A stretch of 64,000 bases of DNA from Gammaproteobacteria bacterium (GTDB lineage: Bacteria; Pseudomonadota; Gammaproteobacteria; Steroidobacterales; Rariloculaceae), in assembly GCA_050485545.1 (NCBI GenBank), contig JBJHBP010000008.1, positions 24,678 to 88,677 on the forward strand. Reading direction: 5' to 3'. Positions 26,283 through 36,037 of the stretch are shown in pieces (position 1 is the stretch's first letter; each line of letters starts with the position of its first letter). The translations under genes and the position numbers were made by a program. The notes beneath the pieces are model-generated. The model was not told where the DNA came from and ran no database searches. It was given only the letters and a program-made list of their open reading frames with translations.

Positions 26283-27123
26283 AATCGTCGGTGGCGTCAC
26301 CACCTCGCACATCCCCGCCATCGGCAATGCGATGACGCAGGGCCTGGAGAGCACGGCCTACTGGAAGCGGTTCTTCGATGGCTATGAACCGGTGAAACAG
26401 TGGCTGGCCGATGTGCAGCCCGACATCGCCGTGGTGGTCTACAACGACCATGGCCTGAATTTCTTTCTCAACAACATCCCCACCTTCGCGCTCGGCTGCG
26501 CGGACCACTACGCCAACGACGACGAAGGCTGGGGACTGAAGACGCTGTCCAGCTTCGATGGCGATGCACAGTTCTCCTGGCACATCGCCGAATCGCTGAT
26601 CGAACAGCAGATCGACATCGCCACCTGTCAGGAAATGCTGGTCGACCACGGTTTCACGGTGCCGATGGCATTGATGTGGCGTCACCTGCCGAAGTGGCCG
26701 GTACGCGTCATTCCGCTGGCCGTGAACACCGTGCAGCATCCGATTCCCGGCGCGCAGCGCTGCTACACGCTGGGCAAGGCACTGCGCAAGGCGATCGAGT
26801 CGTATCCGCAGGATCTGAAGGTTGTGATCTTTGGCACCGGCGGTATGTCGCATCAGCTCCAGGGTGAGCGCGCCGGGCTGATCAACGTGGACTATGACCT
26901 GAAGACCATGGAAAGCGTGATCGGTGACCCGCAGTGGCTGGCGTCACAGAGCACATCGGAGATTATCCGCAACGCCGGCACCGAGGGCGTGGAGGTGATC
27001 ATGTGGCTGGTCATGCGCGGTGCGCTGGCCGACGATGTGCACGTCGTGCACAAGCACTATCACACGCCGATCTCGAACACCGGCGCGGGCGTGCTGGTGC
27101 TGGAGAATCCGCGGCCGGGTTAG
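26275..27123 (+). CDS. ligB: Protocatechuate 4,5-dioxygenase beta subunit / class III extradiol dioxygenase (LigB family)
   Basis: MARIVGGVTTSHIPAIG..., VVVYNDHG, IPTFALGCA, VDHGFTVP, FGTGGMSHQLQGERAGLIN and GVEVIMWLVMRGAL are colinear with LigB as I recall it. Confidence 0.85.
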   Translation: MARIVGGVTTSHIPAIGNAMTQGLESTAYWKRFFDGYEPVKQWLADVQPDIAVVVYNDHGLNFFLNNIPTFALGCADHYANDDEGWGLKTLSSFDGDAQFSWHIAESLIEQQIDIATCQEMLVDHGFTVPMALMWRHLPKWPVRVIPLAVNTVQHPIPGAQRCYTLGKALRKAIESYPQDLKVVIFGTGGMSHQLQGERAGLINVDYDLKTMESVIGDPQWLASQSTSEIIRNAGTEGVEVIMWLVMRGALADDVHVVHKHYHTPISNTGAGVLVLENPRPG

Positions 27124-27168
27124 CGCGCGGTGCCGTCCGCGTCGACGACCAAAGGCCAGAGAATCGCT

Positions 27169-28080
27169 ATGAAGAGACGCCTTGCCTTCTGCCTGATCTT
27201 GGCGGCATCACTGGCGGCCTGGATACTCCTGTTCGGCTGGGGCTCGCCTGATGATTCGGCGCATCCGGGTTTGAACAACGCCGCGTTCTTTGCGGAGGAA
27301 GTAGCGATCGGGGACGGGCAGTTCAGGGCGGGCGATAGCAGCAGCCCGGAGAGCCGGGCAGCGGACCACACGCTGTTGACGCATGAAACGCCGGATCAGG
27401 CGGGCGAGGAAACCCAGTCCACCGAGTCCGCCGCGTCCGCGGAAGTCAGTGTCGCGTCAGAGACAGCCGAAGAAATGCGCGTTTGGCCCGTCGATCCGGC
27501 GACCATGGAGAATCTGATATTGAACGAGCTCGCGTCGCTCCCGAACGTTGGAATCGCCGCGATATCATCGTACGCCTGCACGTCTACAGCCTGCGAGTTT
27601 CGTTTGGTCCCGACCAGCCATATAGCGCTGTTGAGGGGCCTGAATGACGGGTTCCGTGTCGTCACTGATCCACCCTATAGCGCGGTCTGGAGCATTCGTC
27701 CGGTTGGCGCGGAAGTGCACCTCACACTCCAGACCGGCCGTCCTGAACTGACGCCTGAACAGGCGTTGGAGCGGAACCAGGAAGCAGCGGCGGTGACGCA
27801 ACGCCTGGCCGAGAATGCGCTGCCTCCTGGGTCATACGATGCGGAGCCGGTTGCTTTCGGCACGCGCAGCGGCGCCACTCAGCTGGTCGAGGATGTGTGC
27901 TCCTATGACTGCCCGCTGGATACCCGTCGCATCATCTACCTTGCCGTACCCGAGGGAGACCACTGCAGTGACTATGGCGGGACGGAGCAGACAGTGATGG
28001 CGCGATCCCGAACGGGTGTTTTCAGCGAAAGAGTCTTTTGCGTGCCGAACATCCTGCTCGAAAGCCAGGCAGTCCCCTGA
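27169..28080 (+). CDS. Hypothetical membrane-anchored/secreted protein (no recognisable domain)
   Basis: Track ORF 27130-28080; ATG 27169 gives MKRRLAFCLILAASLAAWILLFGW, a signal or anchor. Acidic low-complexity linker, then a Cys-containing C-terminal region. Visibly lower G+C than its neighbours. Confidence 0.6.
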   Translation: MKRRLAFCLILAASLAAWILLFGWGSPDDSAHPGLNNAAFFAEEVAIGDGQFRAGDSSSPESRAADHTLLTHETPDQAGEETQSTESAASAEVSVASETAEEMRVWPVDPATMENLILNELASLPNVGIAAISSYACTSTACEFRLVPTSHIALLRGLNDGFRVVTDPPYSAVWSIRPVGAEVHLTLQTGRPELTPEQALERNQEAAAVTQRLAENALPPGSYDAEPVAFGTRSGATQLVEDVCSYDCPLDTRRIIYLAVPEGDHCSDYGGTEQTVMARSRTGVFSERVFCVPNILLESQAVP

Positions 28081-28081
28081 C

Positions 28082-28978
28082 TTACGACACCCGCCCCTGA
28101 CCCAGCGCCTGCGCCAGCGTCGCGAGCAGCTGTCGCAGCGTGCCGGTCAGCAGCGTGAACTCCGCGTCGAAGCGTGCCAGTGGATCCTCTTCGTCGCCGG
28201 CTTCCTCCGCCGATACGCCGACCAGCTTGATCTTGCCGATGCCGCCGTTCTCGTCGAGGACGCAGCGCATGATGTTGTTGAATTCGATGCCCAGATGCGT
28301 GAGGCGCATGCCGTCGCGCACATGCTGGCGAACCGTGGCGTCCGACAGCTCCATGTCGACGAAGCGGACGCTGGCCTTGCTGTCGGCCGGATCCTGCATG
28401 CGGCATTCACGGCCGACAACGATGCCGGGGACCGAGTCACCGAGAAACATGCGGGTGAGCAGTTCACTGATCGGGCGATCGTACTCCAGTGGGGTCGTTT
28501 CGATCCGGCCGATGGCCAGTCGCAGCAGCTCGACGAAGCGCTCGATGGCGACCGGCGATGTGGCGTCGATCGCCAGGACATGCTCATTGAGCAGGAACAG
28601 GCCGCGGGTGCGGTCCGAGCGCAGCAGCGCCTTGGGCAGCAGGTTGTCGCGCGTTTCCAGCTTCATGCGCCGCTTCTCGCGCGGGCCGGGCAGCTCGCCC
28701 ATGCGCTCGCGGAATTCCTCGATGCGCGCTTCCAGCGCCTCATTGACCGCCGAAGCCGGCAGCAGCCGGCTCTGGGTGCGCAGCTGCAGCAGGTCCGCAC
28801 CGCCCACGCGTCGGCACAGGCGGCCTTCGGGCGTCTCCAGCGGGGCTTCCCAGCCCGAGGCCTTCTCCGTGAGCGGGCCGCAGGGCGTGAAGCCGATGGC
28901 GGTGAGGGCTTCGTCGAGCTTCTCTTCAGATTCCGGCCAGGGGCTCGTGAACCTGAGGAATCGCATGTTTCTGAACAT
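28082..28978 (-). CDS. rdgC: Recombination-associated protein RdgC
   Basis: Track ORF 28082-28990 (TTG); ATG 28978 gives MFRNMRFLRFTSPWPESEEKLDEAL..., an RdgC-like N-terminus. About 300 aa, as expected for RdgC. Confidence 0.85.
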   Translation of the reverse strand: MFRNMRFLRFTSPWPESEEKLDEALTAIGFTPCGPLTEKASGWEAPLETPEGRLCRRVGGADLLQLRTQSRLLPASAVNEALEARIEEFRERMGELPGPREKRRMKLETRDNLLPKALLRSDRTRGLFLLNEHVLAIDATSPVAIERFVELLRLAIGRIETTPLEYDRPISELLTRMFLGDSVPGIVVGRECRMQDPADSKASVRFVDMELSDATVRQHVRDGMRLTHLGIEFNNIMRCVLDENGGIGKIKLVGVSAEEAGDEEDPLARFDAEFTLLTGTLRQLLATLAQALGQGRVS

Positions 28979-29166
28979 CGGGCCGACCAAAAGCGCAGCA
29001 GTCTACGGAGGGAGTTCGCGTGGGTGCAAGCCGGCTGTGCAGGCCGGCCTGCATCCGGGCCGCAGTTCTGTTACTCTGCCGGCCCCCGCGCTCGGCGCGG
29101 CCGCTGGCCAGGCGCCCGCCAGGCAGCGGCACCCCCACCCTTACTTCATGAACCGGGGCCATTGCA

Positions 29167-30777
<1,611 letters not shown>

Positions 30778-30882
30778 GCGGCACCCGGTGGCCCCACGCG
30801 CGCCCCGCGCGCGCCCGGTGCGCGCGCGACCGTTCTGAGTCAGTGTTTATTTCTGTACGGCTCTGGAGTTCCGAGATCAGCC

Positions 30883-32844
30883 ATGTCTGACGAATCGCCC
30901 GAAATGCCCACCTTCGCCAGTCTGAACCTGCCTGCGACGCTGCTCGCGGCGCTGGAGAAGGTGGGTTACGAAACGCCGTCGCCGATTCAGGCTGAAGCGA
31001 TTCCGCCGCTGCTTGCCGGGGGCGACCTGCTCGGCCATGCGCCCACCGGCACAGGCAAGACCGCTGCCTTTGCGCTGCCGCTGCTGGCGCGCATCGATCT
31101 GCAGCGCGGCGGAGGGCCCCAGGTGCTCACACTGACGCCCACGCGTGAGCTGGCCATCCAGGTGTCCGAGGCATTCCGGCGCTACGCATCCGAGATCAAG
31201 GGCTTTCAGGTGCTGCCGGTGTACGGCGGTCAGGGTTATGCCGGCCAGATCCGGCAGCTGGAGCGCGGCGTGCATGTGGTGGTGGGCACCCCGGGCCGCA
31301 TCATGGATCACATGCGCAAAGGGCGCCTGAAACTGGACAACCTGAGTGCGCTGGTTCTCGACGAAGCCGACGAAATGCTGCGCATGGGCTTCATCGAGGA
31401 AGTGGAGTGGATACTCGAACAGACGCCGCCGGAACGGCAGATGGCGCTGTTCTCCGCGACCATGCCCAGGGAAGTCGAACGCATTGCGCGCCGGCATCTG
31501 AAAAATCCGCATCAGATTTCCATCCACGCCAAGACCGCCACCGCCGAGACGGTGCATCAGCGCTACTGGATCGTCAGCGGCCTGCACAAGCTGGATGCGC
31601 TGACACGCATCCTCGAGGTGGAGCCGTATGACGCCATGATCGTTTTCGTGCGCACGAAAACCGCCACCGCCGAGCTTGCGGAGCGGCTGGAGGCGCGCGG
31701 ACATGCGGCCGCCGCGCTGAACGGCGACATGGAACAGAAACAGCGCGAGCAGACCGTCGAACGCCTGAAGAAGGGCGCGCTGGACATCATCGTAGCCACC
31801 GACGTGGCGGCGCGCGGCCTCGACGTGGAGCGCATCAGCCACGTTGTGAACTACGACATTCCCTACGATCCGGAAGCGTACATCCATCGCATCGGACGCA
31901 CCGGTCGCGCCGGCCGCAAGGGTGAGGCCATCCTGTTCGTCGCGCCGCGTGAACGGCGCATGCTGTCCGCGATCGAGCGCGCCACACGGCAGAAGATGGA
32001 CCTGCTGCGGCTGCCCACCGTCGAAATGGTCAACAATCAGCGCATCTCGGGCTTCAAGCAGAAGATCAGCGACACGCTGGCCTTGGGTGATCTCACGTTC
32101 ATGGAGGGGCTGATCGATCAGTACCAGCGTGAGCACAATGTGCCGCCGCTGGAGATCGCCGCCGCGCTGGCGAAGATGTCACTGGGCGAACAGACGCTGC
32201 TGCTGGACGCGGACGAGCGCCAGCCGGAACCCGAAGCGCATGCAGCCCAGGCGCGTGGCGGCTATGGCCGCGATCGTGCGTCCGATCGCGACGATCATCG
32301 CCAGCGCAAGCGAGCCGACACCGCCACCGGCGAAAGGCGGGGTCGGCAGTCCGGTCCGCCGGATGCGGACATGGAACGCTTTCGCATCGAGGTCGGCCGT
32401 GAGCATGGTGTGCAGCCGGGCAACATCGTTGGCGCCATCGCCAACGAGGCGGGCATCGATGGCCGCTACATCGGCCATATCGCGATCGAAGACACTTACA
32501 GCCTTGTGGACCTGCCGGTGGGCATGCCGCGCGACGTGTTCCGCGATCTGAAGAAAGTCTGGGTCTGCGGGCGCCAGCTGGCGATCTCGCATCCCGGCGG
32601 CGAGCCGGCCGGGAACGTTGATGATACGGCCGTTGCCGCGCCTGACGCTGACGGTGCCGAGCGCAAGCCCAAACGCAAGCTGACGCTGAAGTCCGGGCCC
32701 GGCACCGGTCCGCGCACATCCAAGCCCGAGGGCATGGGCAAGGCCAGGCGCAAGGGCCCGGCCAAGCCCAGGATTGGCGTGAAGTCGAAAGCACCGGGCA
32801 ATCCGAAAACCAGACCGAAGAAGCATCGCGGGCAGGGCAGATAA
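30883..32844 (+). CDS. deaD: DEAD-box ATP-dependent RNA helicase DeaD/CsdA
   Basis: Q-motif region FASLNLP...GYETPSPIQ, APTGTGKT, VLDEADEML, SAT, HRIGRTGRAG. DbpA-like RNA-binding domain (FRIEVGREHGVQPGNIVGAIANE) and a basic C-terminal tail. Confidence 0.93.
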   Translation: MSDESPEMPTFASLNLPATLLAALEKVGYETPSPIQAEAIPPLLAGGDLLGHAPTGTGKTAAFALPLLARIDLQRGGGPQVLTLTPTRELAIQVSEAFRRYASEIKGFQVLPVYGGQGYAGQIRQLERGVHVVVGTPGRIMDHMRKGRLKLDNLSALVLDEADEMLRMGFIEEVEWILEQTPPERQMALFSATMPREVERIARRHLKNPHQISIHAKTATAETVHQRYWIVSGLHKLDALTRILEVEPYDAMIVFVRTKTATAELAERLEARGHAAAALNGDMEQKQREQTVERLKKGALDIIVATDVAARGLDVERISHVVNYDIPYDPEAYIHRIGRTGRAGRKGEAILFVAPRERRMLSAIERATRQKMDLLRLPTVEMVNNQRISGFKQKISDTLALGDLTFMEGLIDQYQREHNVPPLEIAAALAKMSLGEQTLLLDADERQPEPEAHAAQARGGYGRDRASDRDDHRQRKRADTATGERRGRQSGPPDADMERFRIEVGREHGVQPGNIVGAIANEAGIDGRYIGHIAIEDTYSLVDLPVGMPRDVFRDLKKVWVCGRQLAISHPGGEPAGNVDDTAVAAPDADGAERKPKRKLTLKSGPGTGPRTSKPEGMGKARRKGPAKPRIGVKSKAPGNPKTRPKKHRGQGR

Positions 32845-32900
32845 TCTCTACCTGGTCATGGCTGCCGCGAATCGCCGCGTCCCTGACACTTGTACTGCTG

Positions 32901-33821
32901 GTGGCGGTGACGATTGCCTACCAGCGCGACATTCGCAGCGCACGCGATCGCGTTGCCGCCGGCGGCGTTGTAGCGCGAACACCATGCGGTCCGGTGGAGT
33001 ACGCGCAGGCCGGCGACGGGCCCGCGGTGTTGATGGTGCACGGCTCCGGTGGAGGCTACGACCAGGGGCTTGAGTTCGCCGGCGACCTCGCACGGCACGG
33101 CTTTCGTGTGGTCGCCGTGTCGCGCTTCGGCTATCTGCGTTCGCCGCTGCCGGACGAAGCCTCCGCTGCCGCACAGGCAGACGCGTACGCCTGCCTGCTC
33201 GATGCGCTGGACATCGAATCCGTCGCAGTGATTGGCGGCTCGGCTGGCGCGCCATCGTCCACGCTGTTCGCGCTGCGCCATCCTGAACGCGTTACCGCGC
33301 TGGTGCTGCTGGTACCGGCCATGTATGCGCCACGCGAAGACGATGCGCCCTCCGTGCGCACGCCGCCCGGCGTCGAGTTCGTATTCAGCACGGCGCTGCG
33401 ATTCGATTTTCTGTTCTGGGCCGCATTGCGCTTCGCGCCACGCGCGATGATCGCGACCATTCTGGCCACGGATCCTGCGCTGGTCGATCAGGCGGACGCC
33501 GATGAGCGGGCGCGCATTGCACGACTGCTCGGGACCATCCTTCCCGTCAGTGCGCGCCGGCTCGGGCTGCTCAACGACAGCGCCGTGCTCGCCGACATCG
33601 AACGTTTTGCACTGGAATCCATACTGGCGCCAACGCTGGTCATCAGCGCCGCGGATGATCGCTATGGCACCTATGACGTTGCGCGCTACACGGCGGAGCA
33701 CATTCCGCAGGCGCGGTTCATCGGCTATGCGGATGGCGGGCACGTGTGGGTGGGCCACCACGCAGCGCTTATCGATGCTATACGGATTTTCATTCAGCCA
33801 ACGCTGTCTGAACGGCCCTGA
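32901..33821 (+). CDS. Alpha/beta-fold hydrolase
   Basis: PAVLMVHGSGGG, a nucleophile elbow variant GGSAGA, and C-terminal GGHVW. The start is uncertain: the in-frame upstream sequence encodes a hydrophobic segment but has no canonical start codon before GTG 32901. Confidence 0.7.
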   Translation: MAVTIAYQRDIRSARDRVAAGGVVARTPCGPVEYAQAGDGPAVLMVHGSGGGYDQGLEFAGDLARHGFRVVAVSRFGYLRSPLPDEASAAAQADAYACLLDALDIESVAVIGGSAGAPSSTLFALRHPERVTALVLLVPAMYAPREDDAPSVRTPPGVEFVFSTALRFDFLFWAALRFAPRAMIATILATDPALVDQADADERARIARLLGTILPVSARRLGLLNDSAVLADIERFALESILAPTLVISAADDRYGTYDVARYTAEHIPQARFIGYADGGHVWVGHHAALIDAIRIFIQPTLSERP

Positions 33822-33971
33822 CTTTTGCAGGCCTGTCGAAATCCCTCCCTCCGAATCGACCAGGATGCAGACCAGTTTCTGGTTGAAGGTTCCGCATTGG
33901 CCTGGCCGGCTGCGGACAGTCATCTTGTATCGGCCGCGCAGGAGCGGCCGTCTGATCCGGGAGAATTGTCG

Positions 33972-34685
33972 ATGAGCTATGTAGATGGTTTCGTGGTGGC
34001 CGTGCCCACCGTCAATCGTGAGACCTACCGGCAGCACGCCGCGGAGGCTGCGCCGCTGTTTCGCGAATATGGTGTGACGCGCATGGTGGAAACCTGGGGC
34101 GACGAGGTGCCGGATGGCGAGGTCACCGACTTTCGTGGCGCGGTGCTGGCCACGGCGGACGAAACGGTGGTGTTCTCGTGGTTCGAATACGCATCCCGCG
34201 AGGTACGCGATGCGGCCCAGCAGAAGATGTTTTCCGATCCGCGCATGGAGCAGATGGGCGCCAATATGCCTTTCGACGGCAAGCGCATGATATTTGCCGG
34301 GTTCGAGCCCATCCTTGATACCGGTCCGGGTGGTGAGATGGGCTACGTGGATGGCTATCTCCTGGCCGTGCCTTCCGCCAACAAGGCGACCTATCTTGCC
34401 TTCGCCAGGGAAGCGGCGCAGATCTTCATCGACTCCGGCGCGACCCGCGTCATGGAGGCCTGGGGCGACAGTGTGCCCGACGGCAAGGTCACGGACTTTC
34501 GCCGCGCGGTGAAGGCGAAACCGGACGAGGCGATCATATTCTCCTGGGTGGAGTGGCCGTCCAAGGCGGTGCGCGATGCGGGCTGGAAGGCGTTCATGGC
34601 GGCCGGCCACATGAAGGACACGCAGATGCCCTTCGATGGCAAGCGCTTGATCTACGGTGGCTTCGTGCCGATCGTGGAGGCGTGA
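33972..34685 (+). CDS. Tandem (duplicated) DUF1428-domain protein
   Basis: Track ORF 33825-34685; ATG 33972 follows GGGAGAA. The two halves are clearly homologous ([19 protein letters not shown]...VTDFRGAV and [19 protein letters not shown]...VTDFRRAV). Each resembles single-domain DUF1428 proteins as I recall them. Confidence 0.75.
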   Translation: MSYVDGFVVAVPTVNRETYRQHAAEAAPLFREYGVTRMVETWGDEVPDGEVTDFRGAVLATADETVVFSWFEYASREVRDAAQQKMFSDPRMEQMGANMPFDGKRMIFAGFEPILDTGPGGEMGYVDGYLLAVPSANKATYLAFAREAAQIFIDSGATRVMEAWGDSVPDGKVTDFRRAVKAKPDEAIIFSWVEWPSKAVRDAGWKAFMAAGHMKDTQMPFDGKRLIYGGFVPIVEA

Positions 34686-34771
34686 TCGCCGATACCGGAT
34701 CGTGGCACACTGCCCGTCACTTTGAGCAGTTCTGTGAACGTGACGGGGTGACGGCAGTGACAGACAACGCG

Positions 34772-35245
34772 ATGAATCGTTTCGACGTCCGCGTGCTGAA
34801 CGAGCACGATGAACCGTTGCTGCGCGATATGCTGCGGCTGTTCGGTGAAGTATTCAACGAGCCGGATACCTACTGCGCCGCGATGCCCGATGCGGATTAT
34901 CTGTGCGCTCTGCTGCGGCGTGACACATTCATCGCGGTGGCTGCGACCCAGGGTCACCAGGGCAGCGAGCAGGGCAGCGAGGTGATCGGTGCACTCGCTG
35001 CCTACGTCATGCCGAAATTCGAGCAGCGACGCAGCGAGGTGTATATCTACGATCTCGCAGTGGCCGAGTCGCACCGCCGCCAGGGCGTCGCGACGGCGCT
35101 GATACAGGCGGTGCAGCGGGTTGCGGCGGAGCGCGGCGCCTGGGTGGTCATGGTGCAGGCCGACTACGGCGATGATCCCGCCGTCGCGCTGTACTCAAAG
35201 CTCGGCGAACGCGAGGAGGTGCTGCACTTCGATCTTCCGGTGTGA
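34772..35245 (+). CDS. GNAT acetyltransferase, AAC(3)-I-like aminoglycoside N(3)-acetyltransferase
   Basis: Track ORF 34553-35245; ATG 34772 (GTG 34682, overlapping the upstream stop, is an alternative). [36 protein letters not shown] and [27 protein letters not shown] are nearly the same strings I recall from AAC(3)-Ia (aacC1). Confidence 0.8.
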   Translation: MNRFDVRVLNEHDEPLLRDMLRLFGEVFNEPDTYCAAMPDADYLCALLRRDTFIAVAATQGHQGSEQGSEVIGALAAYVMPKFEQRRSEVYIYDLAVAESHRRQGVATALIQAVQRVAAERGAWVVMVQADYGDDPAVALYSKLGEREEVLHFDLPV

Positions 35246-35270
35246 GCGGGCGGGACGCTGGCTCTGCCTG

Positions 35271-35723
35271 TTACGTTCCGTCAACCAGCAGCGCGTCCAG
35301 CTGCGCATTTCGTGGCGCGGCGAACGGGTTGACGACGGTGATGCCACTCCACGTAAAGCCTTGCTGGAGGTCTTCGGACAACAACAATCGGCATCCGGCC
35401 TGCGCGGATGCAGACAAAATGATGGCATCCCAGATGCCCAACTGATGATCGCTGGCCAGATCAGCAGCGGACTGCACGACGGGCGATGATGTGGGAACAA
35501 CCGAAAATGCATCATGCCAGCCGAGAATTGCGTTACGGGCGTCGCTGCGCGTTCTCCCTGCCTTGCGGACAAGGACATTGAACAGTTCACCGAGAACCTG
35601 GACTGGAATGACTACGGCATCGGGTGGCAGGCGCTGAACGATATCAAGCGCCAGTGTCCGTCCGTCCTCCCCGTTGACGCCCTCAGCGTAGGCAAGAATG
35701 TTGGTGTCGAGCGCAACCTTCAC
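35271..35723 (-). CDS. PIN-domain toxin (VapC-like) of a type II toxin-antitoxin pair
   Basis: 150 aa. Acidic PIN residues in the expected order (LDTNIL, GEL, WDAIIL, SEDL). 4-nt overlap with the upstream antitoxin gene. Confidence 0.8.
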   Translation of the reverse strand: MKVALDTNILAYAEGVNGEDGRTLALDIVQRLPPDAVVIPVQVLGELFNVLVRKAGRTRSDARNAILGWHDAFSVVPTSSPVVQSAADLASDHQLGIWDAIILSASAQAGCRLLLSEDLQQGFTWSGITVVNPFAAPRNAQLDALLVDGT

Positions 35724-35965
35724 TGCTCATCCTGATACAGCTCATCGCGGGTCCAGCGGCCGACGTCTGCGACAGGCTGACGGCCGAGTCTGTCAATGAG
35801 AGCGTTACGCGCACTGGCCGCGACGTCGCCGTGCTCGCCGGCGGGCACAATGCGCGCCACAGGTCGACCATGGCTTGTGATGACATAGCTGTGTCCTGCG
35901 CGAACACCGCGCAGGATCAGGGAGAACTGACGGTTGGCGTCCGCAGCGGAAACTGTCTTGTCCAT
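35720..35965 (-). CDS. Phd/YefM-family antitoxin
   Basis: 81 aa. The N-terminus VSAADANRQFSLILRGVRAGHSYVITSHGRPVARIVP is the typical Phd/YefM fold signature. AT-rich promoter region upstream. Confidence 0.8.
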   Translation of the reverse strand: MDKTVSAADANRQFSLILRGVRAGHSYVITSHGRPVARIVPAGEHGDVAASARNALIDRLGRQPVADVGRWTRDELYQDEQ

Positions 35966-36037
35966 ATTGGGCAGGTTCCAAATAGGGCGGATAAAAAGTA
36001 GTGATATTGCCTACATTAACGCCCGGGTCCCCGGCAT

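Noticed and set aside
30797-30829. Terminator after ybiT formed by three CGCGCGC/GCGCGCG blocks
   Set aside because: Alternative 7-bp GC hairpins are possible (cgcgcgc-ccc-gcgcgcg or cgcgcgc-ccggt-gcgcgcg). There is no U-tract and the sequence is simple alternating GC, so the evidence is too weak to call as a feature.
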